Virus record (IMG/VR): IMGVR_UViG_3300025480_000017
Origin: a virus
Direction: 5' to 3' (one strand)
Length of the DNA: 20,277 bases
Under the pieces are notes generated by a model, which searched no databases, was not told the origin of the DNA, and worked only from the letters and a program-made list of their open reading frames with translations. The translations under genes and the position numbers were made by a program. Positions 1-6,513 of this stretch are shown here, piece by piece; the stretch's first letter is position 1, and every line of letters starts with the position of its first letter.

Positions 1-72
1 GGCGATGTGAGTGGGCTGACCGGCGATGTGAGTGGGCTGACCGGCAATGTGAGTGGGCTGACCGGCAATGTG
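1..72 (+). repeat. 21-bp coding tandem repeat, 3 full copies plus 1 partial
   Basis: GGC(G/A)ATGTGAGTGGGCTGACC at 1-21, 22-42, 43-63, partial at 64-72. No spacers. Confidence 0.95.
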
Positions 73-141
73 GACGAATGCGAAATCACTTCGACAGAGC
101 GCAAAAGCGGCATATTTGTATCTGATCTTGTCTCAAAATAA
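1..141 (+). CDS. C-terminal part (5'-truncated by the window) of a heptapeptide-repeat hypothetical protein
   Basis: Frame 1 reads GDVSGLT GDVSGLT GNVSGLT GNVDECEITSTERKSGIFVSDLVSK, stop TAA at 139-141. Not in the ORF track because the start is outside the window. Confidence 0.8.
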   Translation, partial: GDVSGLTGDVSGLTGNVSGLTGNVDECEITSTERKSGIFVSDLVSK

Positions 142-147
142 CCACCC

Positions 148-293
148 GGCAGACCTGCTCTGCCAAGGCCGCTGATAGGGAGTTCTGAGGGTATTGCTGA
201 CACAGTATATCCTCGGAGATCTACGCCGCATGAATATCCTGCAATGCGGAGCGGCCTTGGGAGCGCAGGATGCTCCACAACCAGGGGCGCTTC
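148..293 (+). ncRNA. Putative structured RNA: three-way junction with complementary loops, unknown class
   Basis: P1 163-173/250-260 (11 bp perfect). P2 185-194/207-216 (10 bp, two G-U). P3 226-231/244-249. Hairpin 260-264/272-276 with loop GCAGGAT (265-271) complementary to ATCCTGC (236-242) in the P3 loop. Confidence 0.55.
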
Positions 294-309
294 AACTAGG
301 AGAAAAACA

Positions 310-513
310 ATGAAAATCGACTTCCAAGACGGCCCAGATCACCTCAACATTCAACCCATGCCCAACCCGAAACCCTTGACCGTAGAACGAGTTATTATCA
401 AAGAGGATCACACAGACAAAGGCGGAGCAGGAGAAGAGTACGGGTACATCCGTAATGCTTCTATTCATCCTAGCGCGATTGCGGAAAGGCGGGCCTCTAT
501 CTGCGCGCCCTGA
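310..513 (+). CDS. Hypothetical protein whose 3' end runs into the foreign high-GC insert
   Basis: SD AGGAGA at 298-303 precedes ATG 310 (MKIDFQDGPD...). The last ~10 codons lie inside the GC-rich segment. Confidence 0.55.
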   Translation: MKIDFQDGPDHLNIQPMPNPKPLTVERVIIKEDHTDKGGAGEEYGYIRNASIHPSAIAERRASICAP

Positions 514-563
514 CCGAGGGACTCTTCGCCGGATCGGAGCGGCAGCCGGAGCTGCGCGCGCGT
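492..563 (+). pseudogene. miaA: Internal fragment of tRNA dimethylallyltransferase (miaA)
   Basis: Reads GLYLRALTEGLFAGSERQPELRAR, matching the MiaA GGTGLYLRAL..GL segment. About 70% GC, no start or stop. Confidence 0.75.
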
Positions 564-704
564 CAGGAACTCGTTGGCCGAGTAGACGCCATTCAGGTGC
601 TCGCCGGGCACATTGAGGAAGACCGGCAGACCGGCGCCGGTGGCCACAAAGACCGCGTCATAGCCCTCGTCGCGCATCAGCTCGTCCAGCGTGACGCTCT
701 TTCC
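558..704 (-). pseudogene. gltD: Internal fragment of NADPH-dependent glutamate synthase small subunit / SudA-like flavoprotein
   Basis: Reads GKSVTLDELMRDEGYDAVFVATGAGLPVFLNVPGEHLNGVYSANEFLTR, a hallmark GltD/SudA segment. Similarity stops after EFLTR, where VNL is expected. Codons have high GC at third positions. Confidence 0.9.
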
Positions 705-763
705 GGTGGCGGGGGCATTCGCGGGCAGGATGTTTAGGCAACTAATTTTGATAGGGGACCAAT

Positions 764-1078
764 TTGATTACGAAGACAACAAAAACGACTCTGCAATGCA
801 CGTGCGAGAAACCAAAGTGTGGAAAGTCTTGGGAATCGCAAGGTGAGGATATTCCTGAGCGCTGCCGATGGTGCGGAAGTCACACATGGAACGGCCAAGA
901 TTTGAGAAACAGCAAGATTTTCCTGTCCGCCTTTGGAATAACCCAGTCTATCTCTGACTGGTCAAAACAAACAGGTATCAACAGCCAAGTCATTCGCGCT
1001 AGAATAAGGCTAGGGTGGAAGGAAGATGATATTGTCACTCTTCCTGTCGGGCAAGTGAAAAAATCAAAGAAGGGATGA
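764..1078 (+). CDS. Zn-ribbon protein with a C-terminal HTH-like module of the type appended to phage endonucleases
   Basis: CTCEKPKC..W......PERCRWCGSHTWNG, then FGITQSISDWSKQTGINSQVIRARIRLGW. TTG start with AGGGGA SD. Confidence 0.7.
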   Translation: MITKTTKTTLQCTCEKPKCGKSWESQGEDIPERCRWCGSHTWNGQDLRNSKIFLSAFGITQSISDWSKQTGINSQVIRARIRLGWKEDDIVTLPVGQVKKSKKG

Positions 1079-1082
1079 GTCT

Positions 1083-1268
1083 ATGTTCACTCCTGAACAT
1101 CTTTTCACATTTCTCGGTTGGACGATGGTAACTTGTGTTGCTGTTTTCTACCTTGCCGATCCCGTGATCCCTTGGGAGAAAATAGCAAAAAGAGTTGTCT
1201 TGTTTCTTGCTGTCGGAATCATTGTTCTGTTTCTAGGATCATTGATTGTTGATTTTCCCGTAAAGTGA
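1083..1268 (+). CDS. Small membrane protein with two hydrophobic segments
   Basis: Hydrophobic runs LFTFLGWTMVTCVAVFYL and VVLFLAVGIIVLFLGSLIV. Tightly packed with neighbouring genes. Confidence 0.65.
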   Translation: MFTPEHLFTFLGWTMVTCVAVFYLADPVIPWEKIAKRVVLFLAVGIIVLFLGSLIVDFPVK

Positions 1269-1576
1269 GGTCAATCATGCACTTTGTCAAGGAAATAGCA
1301 AGGAACCTCGTAGCTGAGTTGGAGTATGAACCTCTTTCCTGTGATCCTGATGCCGCTAGGAACTTCAAGAAGATTGCAGTACAAGACTACGTGAACTTTT
1401 TGAAACAGGCTCCTGAACGTTCACCCGCAACCAATAACTGTGCCTTGGAGACTGTCTATATTTATTTCCATCGCGCAGTCAAAGCTGGAATACCAGAATC
1501 ACGTATGGATAAGTATTTCTATCTCCTACGCGCCTACTGGATTCCGAAACTAAGGTACAACAATGTTGCCACCTGA
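1265..1576 (+). CDS. Hypothetical protein (start may be ATG 1277)
   Basis: GTGA overlap with the previous stop, and overlaps the next gene. Confidence 0.65.
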   Translation: MRSIMHFVKEIARNLVAELEYEPLSCDPDAARNFKKIAVQDYVNFLKQAPERSPATNNCALETVYIYFHRAVKAGIPESRMDKYFYLLRAYWIPKLRYNNVAT

Positions 1577-1904
1577 AATCAACATCCCCATCGAATGCTC
1601 AAAGCCCGGATGCACCGTAATCCGAAGAACAGTCAACAACTGGTTTGTAGTTGAGAAAACCAAGAGCGGAGCACACATCCACCGCTGGCACGACTGCCCC
1701 GACAAGGCAATGATGAATGGAAAACACGTCTGCGGGTTGGAACACGCATTCTACTGTGCATCGAACATGATGACTCCCGACACTACAGACGCTAACCGTG
1801 AGTCTACGCTTGTCCTAGCGCCTCCCCTAACGCGGGAAGGTGTCGCAACACCACCACCGGCTCCTGTTGCGGTCGTAGAGGAAACAGAGGAGAAGCAAGC
1901 ATGA
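1563..1904 (+). CDS. Cys/His-rich hypothetical phage protein, probably Zn-binding
   Basis: CSKPGC...NNWF...HVCGLEH..C. Ends in an ATGA overlap with the next gene. Confidence 0.7.
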   Translation: MLPPEINIPIECSKPGCTVIRRTVNNWFVVEKTKSGAHIHRWHDCPDKAMMNGKHVCGLEHAFYCASNMMTPDTTDANRESTLVLAPPLTREGVATPPPAPVAVVEETEEKQA

Positions 1905-2128
1905 TCCTCGGTCAAGTCAATATGCTTGCTAATCATTACCAGTGTAATCTTTGTGCTTACGATTGGTATAGCATTGCAAAACGTATTCCTGATTCCTGTC
2001 CGAATAGGGATTGCCGCAGCCGTGAGTGGAACGGGAAGAAAAAGAAGCGCATTCCCGCTCCGAAACCAAAAATTGAACTTCCCAAACCGACTAGGAAACG
2101 AATAGAGGATGTAGATGATGAATTCTGA
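1901..2128 (+). CDS. Small Zn-ribbon protein with basic then acidic tail
   Basis: CNLC..DW......PDSCPNRDCRSREWNG, tail ...EDVDDEF. Confidence 0.75.
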   Translation: MILGQVNMLANHYQCNLCAYDWYSIAKRIPDSCPNRDCRSREWNGKKKKRIPAPKPKIELPKPTRKRIEDVDDEF

Positions 2129-2200
2129 AAGTAGATTTAGCTGGTGGGATGTTTTTCTCCTTATCGGATGTGTGATTTTCCTTGTTTGTATGGAGGCGCT

Positions 2201-2365
2201 ATGACATTCGACGAAATAGAAAAACTAAATAACGAGGCATGGCATAGAGGATGTCCGTTTATTCAAACAGACCACACAACTCTAAAAACTGTTTCTCCTA
2301 CGGTGTTCCAAGAAGAGCGGCAAAGGATAGAGTTGTTGAAAAGTTCTAAAATCCTATCCGAATAA
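2201..2365 (+). CDS. Hypothetical protein
   Basis: GGAGG at 2192-2196 before ATG 2201, preferred over GTG 2144. Confidence 0.6.
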   Translation: MTFDEIEKLNNEAWHRGCPFIQTDHTTLKTVSPTVFQEERQRIELLKSSKILSE

Positions 2366-2374
2366 GGAAAATCT

Positions 2375-3025
2375 ATGACAAAATGCTTTGTCTACCTCAG
2401 AGTGAGCGGAAAGAGCCAAGTTAAGGGCGACGGCTGGCTAAGGCAGTTCATCGCTTGCCGTGAAATTGCCAAGTCCAAGAACCTCCAGATTATCCGCATC
2501 TTCCGTGAAAAAGGAGTCTCAGGGACCACGGAACTTGAGGATCGCCCCGCTCTCTCCGCCCTCTTTGCTGCTCTGGAAGAAAACGGAGTAAAGACAGTTG
2601 TAATCGAGAAAGTCGATAGGTTGGCTCGTGACCTCATGATCCAGGAGACCATCATCGGCGATATGCTCAAAAATGGCTATGCGCTGATTTCATCCTGTGA
2701 GCCTGATCTTTGCTCTTCCGATCCTAGCCGCGTCCTAATCCGGCAAATCTTTGGCGCACTGGCGCAATACGACCGTGCCATGATTACATTGAAGCTACGC
2801 AGCGCAAGAGAACGCATTAGGGCAAGAGAGGGGAAATGTGAAGGCCGTCGAGCTTTTGGTTATCACGAAAAGGAAAAACCCCTTCTCGCTAGGATGATTC
2901 AGCTTAAATCTGAGGGACTTAATCCTGAACAGATTTCTATAATTCTGAATAACGACGGAATCCTAACGCGATACAGAAAAATATGGTATCCGGCAACTGT
3001 GGCAAAGATTCTCAAAAGGAATTGA
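2375..3025 (+). CDS. Serine recombinase (resolvase/invertase family) with a short C-terminal recombinase-type DNA-binding region
   Basis: YLRVS catalytic motif, EKGVSG, VEKVDRLAR-like motif (IEKVDRLARD), FGALAQYDR helix, and C-terminal LN..GI.TR....W..ATV..IL. Confidence 0.92.
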   Translation: MTKCFVYLRVSGKSQVKGDGWLRQFIACREIAKSKNLQIIRIFREKGVSGTTELEDRPALSALFAALEENGVKTVVIEKVDRLARDLMIQETIIGDMLKNGYALISSCEPDLCSSDPSRVLIRQIFGALAQYDRAMITLKLRSARERIRAREGKCEGRRAFGYHEKEKPLLARMIQLKSEGLNPEQISIILNNDGILTRYRKIWYPATVAKILKRN

Positions 3026-3068
3026 AAACTTCGGCAGATTCCTGCGCTTTAACATTTGTACACATTTG

Positions 3069-3107
3069 AAAATTGAGGGACCAGAGATTAACCGGCCCCT
3101 CAATTTT
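3069..3107. terminator. Bidirectional intrinsic terminator between convergent blocks
   Basis: AAAATTGAGGG (3069-3079) and CCCTCAATTTT (3097-3107) form an 11-bp inverted repeat with A/T runs on both sides. Confidence 0.75.
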
Positions 3108-3110
3108 TCC

Positions 3111-3860
3111 CTAAAACGGCTGCAATTCATCTTCCTCAACTGGCTCAGGAACCAATTTCTTTGGACGACCGCGCTTCTTTTCTTCCTTTGCGCCCTCAGA
3201 TTCGTGAAACGCTTTCAATTCTTTTGGACCGCTCTTTCCTTTTGGCTCTTCTTCCCACTCTGGTTCCTCTGGAGTGTCCAATTCAGGATCGAATTCCTCT
3301 CCCTCTGGAATTAAATCTGCCGTCAATTCAATCAAAGTTGGATCGGCTGGCAATTCCAATTCAGGGAAAACCGGATTCTTCTTCTTAACCAGAGATTCCG
3401 CAAACATTTGTAAATCCCTTTTCCAAGTCCCATTACGGCGCACAACATCAATAAACTCGCTTACGTCGTGAGCGCGTATCCTCCACACTCTACGGTTCTT
3501 TTCGTCAATCTTAGGCTCACCCTCAGAATCGTAGGCCATTGCCGCGTGGGACATTTCGTGATCGATAAGTGCTTTCTTCATATCCGCAGTGAATTGCAAA
3601 TCTCTCCAGATTTCCTTATTGAGAAGGATAATGAAGTCCAGATCGACAAATTCCCTCTGCAAATCGGACGCTTTCACGCATTGCCCAAGGACAATATGAC
3701 CCTCTGGGTCCGGTTTGTACCCTTTCCTCCACGCTAAGGCAATTCGTGCCTCTGCGGTGTCTGGATGGTAGTCTCTGCGAACTTCCCGTAGAATCCTGTA
3801 CGGTTCGGTTTCTGGTTCGCGCTCAATCAATTCAAATGCGATTTTCTTTGGCTGTCCCAA
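3111..3860 (-). CDS. Putative phage metallopeptidase with acidic tail and AT-hook-like motif
   Basis: ALIDHEMSH (HExxH) followed by WRIRAHDVSEF, typical of the putative phage metallopeptidase family. KKRGRPKK near the C-terminus. Confidence 0.8.
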   Translation of the reverse strand: MGQPKKIAFELIEREPETEPYRILREVRRDYHPDTAEARIALAWRKGYKPDPEGHIVLGQCVKASDLQREFVDLDFIILLNKEIWRDLQFTADMKKALIDHEMSHAAMAYDSEGEPKIDEKNRRVWRIRAHDVSEFIDVVRRNGTWKRDLQMFAESLVKKKNPVFPELELPADPTLIELTADLIPEGEEFDPELDTPEEPEWEEEPKGKSGPKELKAFHESEGAKEEKKRGRPKKLVPEPVEEDELQPF

Positions 3861-3883
3861 TTTTTTATCCTTTCAATTTCAGA

Positions 3884-4009
3884 TTACACGAAACGACAAA
3901 CACCAGCACCACGGATTCGATGACACAGTTCGCATAGATCAATACTTTCAACCCATCTTTCAAACTGACCAACTTTGCCAAAAAACCACCTCTTAATACG
4001 TGTGAACAT
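3884..4009 (-). CDS. 41-aa hypothetical protein, absent from the ORF track
   Basis: GGGGAGGGGAA SD then MFTRIKRWFFGKVGQFERWVESIDLCELCHRIRGAGVCRFV*. Fills the operon gap. Confidence 0.6.
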   Translation of the reverse strand: MFTRIKRWFFGKVGQFERWVESIDLCELCHRIRGAGVCRFV

Positions 4010-4020
4010 TTCCCCTCCCC

Positions 4021-4581
4021 TCAAAATCTCCCCAAACCGCTCTCTTTCGCCTTTTTCCTATCGCGCCTAGCTTTTTGCACTTGACCCCACGCGCCTGACT
4101 TCTTCAATTCGTTTTTCACGGCCATATCCGCTCTTGCCCCGGCTGCTAGTGCTACTGCCTTTTGTAACCTTGAGAGAACGTCCTGACGCGCTAAGGGAAT
4201 CTCTTTTTCCAAGAACTCAATCAGCTTTAGGAACTCGTCAACAGTTAGAGAACCTTTACATTGATTGCAGCGCTGGCACGGGTAATCAAGGTTTGATAAT
4301 CCTGTCTTCCCACCACGACTTAACGGTTGAGCATGATCGACTGCAACATCCTCGATTCCAAAGAACATTTTGCAGTACCGGCATACAACGACCCCATCTT
4401 CCTTCCCGCCCAATACTCCCAAAACATCTTCTCTAAAAGCGTCAAGATCGAAGTCTAAAGGCGGTAATCCTTTTTTCTTCAACCTCTCAACCATTCCAGA
4501 ATAACGGGAGCGCGTAACGTCCATAAACGTCTTATGAGCGTCCCTTGGAAATAAAATTCCTATGCCGATAAGTTTTGCCAT
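4021..4581 (-). CDS. HNH endonuclease (McrA-like, Zn-binding)
   Basis: CRYC...DHAQPLSRGG.....NL...CQRCN..KG. Confidence 0.9.
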   Translation of the reverse strand: MAKLIGIGILFPRDAHKTFMDVTRSRYSGMVERLKKKGLPPLDFDLDAFREDVLGVLGGKEDGVVVCRYCKMFFGIEDVAVDHAQPLSRGGKTGLSNLDYPCQRCNQCKGSLTVDEFLKLIEFLEKEIPLARQDVLSRLQKAVALAAGARADMAVKNELKKSGAWGQVQKARRDRKKAKESGLGRF

Positions 4582-4590
4582 GAAAACAGT

Positions 4591-6498
4591 TTAGCACGGA
4601 TTAACCAATTCCTCCACTGTGCCGTTCTCCACATAAAAGTACCGGCTTCCAGGCGCTTGCGGACTCGGAAGCGTCTTGTCCAAACTGAAGCCAATCATAA
4701 TGGCTTGCTCCAACTTTTTTGACTGGATTAGCCGGTAGCAAGTAGAGTAAAGATTTTGACGGATGTCCTCACCCAACTCCTCGACCTCATCAATCACCAC
4801 CAAACCGATTCCTGCCGCGATAGATACCGCACACTGGAAAGCAACCTTGAAGATATGTTCCTCAGCCCCAGATAGTTCCTTTACAGGACCAGCGTAGCCC
4901 CTCTTAGTCGTGACCTCAAAGGCAAACGGGTCCATCGTTAGAGAAGCCTTGTACCCCCAAGCCGATAGGACAGAGTTGATTTTATCCTCGAATCCTCCAA
5001 TATGTTTCTTAATCAACTCTGCCTTGATTCCGTCCTTGTCAAACCATTTAACTAGCATATCCAGCGTAGTAGCCTTCTTTTGCAACTTTCCTAGTTGCTC
5101 AGTCAGACGCTCTCGTTCCTTCGATCTCTCCTCAGCCGCAATTACAGGACGCAACTGCTCACTTACTTTATCCTCTTCGCTTTGGAGTTTTACCAAAGGA
5201 TCGTTAAACGGTAGAGTAGCGTTTACCGCCTCTCCTAGCGCGTTAAGTTCCGCTCTGGTAGCCTTACCCGTCTCGACTGTCTCAGACAAAGACTTCTCAA
5301 TCTCAGATTTTTCCTTGACAGCCTCGTTGTGCCTTTGAATGGACGATAAAGCACTTCCTACGTCTCCTATCGACTCAATTTTCTTATCGGTATCCTGAAT
5401 CTTTGCATCGGCGTCGGCATACTCTTTCTTCAAATCGGCTATCAGTGATGCAATCTTTACACTGTCAATGTCTTGATCGCACGTCGGGCAAGTAGAGCCT
5501 TGCTCGGATATTCTCTCAAAACGTCCTATCTGCACGTCTATAGCAGAGAGCAAGTTTCTCAAATCTGTGTGACTCTTTTGGAGTGTTGCCAACTCATCTT
5601 TCCTCGCCGCCAATAACGAGTATCCTGCCAACTTCTCAGGCGCAAGGATGCGAGTCTCTACAGAAGCAAGTTTTTCCTTGTTCCTCTTCAAATCCGCTTG
5701 CAGACCTTCGATCTTGGTCTGTAGCTTTCCGCGTTTAACCTCAATCTCGTTAGCCGCCGCTACCGCCGCGTCCCTCTCCGCTTGCAGTTTCGTCCGCTGT
5801 TCACGAATATCTGTTAGCTTGGTTTGAAGAGATACTGAGTCAACTCCTTGCGGAATAGGTAAAGCGTCAGGAATCGTAAAATCCTTAACTTGTCTATTTA
5901 CGGTTTCACGCATCTTATACAGTGCTTTGTATGCAGCGGTGATTACATCGAACGGCGCACCATTGAAGTCTATTGGCGTGTCAAGTAATCCGTTTACCGC
6001 TGTTACTTTGTCTTCGGGGAAGTCGTGATGTGCAGGAAGCACCAGTTTCGCAATAAGGTTCGTCTGTTCCTTATCGTCTTGACGGCTAAAATGGTCCGTA
6101 TTTGTCGCAATCAGAAGAGCAGGTTTTCTGTCCTTCAGGAAGTTACTAAACCCATTGACAATCTTGTTATCATCGGGTTCGTCCAAGCACTCTACATCTG
6201 ATGTACGGCCCGAAGTGTTGGTATTCAAAATTACTGTGTTCCGCAGAAGATGCTTTCCCTGAATCTCTGCCGTGATTACCGCTTTCGCGTCTCCAGTCCT
6301 AATCTTGGACACAAACCCCTTACCTTGGTTATCTAACCCCATTGTAGTGTTTGTGAGGTTTACCGAAATACTCTGTCCGATAGACGATTTTCCTGATGCG
6401 TTAGCGCCCCGGACCACGACCAGCGATGCTCCCGTAAAATCAAGCAATGTATCGGCGTGATTTCTGTACGACTGGATACGTAGTTTTCCAATTTTCAT
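4591..6498 (-). CDS. Rad50/SbcC-like SMC-family ATPase with zinc hook
   Basis: Walker A GANASGKSS, long coiled coils, central CPTC hook, LSGAE signature, VVIDE Walker B. Confidence 0.9.
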   Translation of the reverse strand: MKIGKLRIQSYRNHADTLLDFTGASLVVVRGANASGKSSIGQSISVNLTNTTMGLDNQGKGFVSKIRTGDAKAVITAEIQGKHLLRNTVILNTNTSGRTSDVECLDEPDDNKIVNGFSNFLKDRKPALLIATNTDHFSRQDDKEQTNLIAKLVLPAHHDFPEDKVTAVNGLLDTPIDFNGAPFDVITAAYKALYKMRETVNRQVKDFTIPDALPIPQGVDSVSLQTKLTDIREQRTKLQAERDAAVAAANEIEVKRGKLQTKIEGLQADLKRNKEKLASVETRILAPEKLAGYSLLAARKDELATLQKSHTDLRNLLSAIDVQIGRFERISEQGSTCPTCDQDIDSVKIASLIADLKKEYADADAKIQDTDKKIESIGDVGSALSSIQRHNEAVKEKSEIEKSLSETVETGKATRAELNALGEAVNATLPFNDPLVKLQSEEDKVSEQLRPVIAAEERSKERERLTEQLGKLQKKATTLDMLVKWFDKDGIKAELIKKHIGGFEDKINSVLSAWGYKASLTMDPFAFEVTTKRGYAGPVKELSGAEEHIFKVAFQCAVSIAAGIGLVVIDEVEELGEDIRQNLYSTCYRLIQSKKLEQAIMIGFSLDKTLPSPQAPGSRYFYVENGTVEELVNPC

Positions 6499-6513
6499 AG
6501 TTCCCTCTCCATA

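Noticed and set aside
1-72. CRISPR array
   Set aside because: Repeats are directly adjacent with no spacers and are in-frame coding.
148-260. Cobalamin or SAM-I riboswitch (fragments AGACCTGC, ATAGGGA, GAGGG, ATCCTGCA)
   Set aside because: Only short words match and they are in the wrong order. The conserved cores are missing.
244-309. ATG 244 as the start of the first ORF
   Set aside because: It lies inside the structured RNA with no SD. ATG 310 has AGGAGA.
465-677. Intact 70-aa gene on the - strand
   Set aside because: It is an internal gltD-like piece that runs into antisense miaA sequence. It has no native start or end.
2375-3025. IS607 transposase or large serine integrase
   Set aside because: No N-terminal MerR-like HTH, no tnpB, and too short for an integrase.
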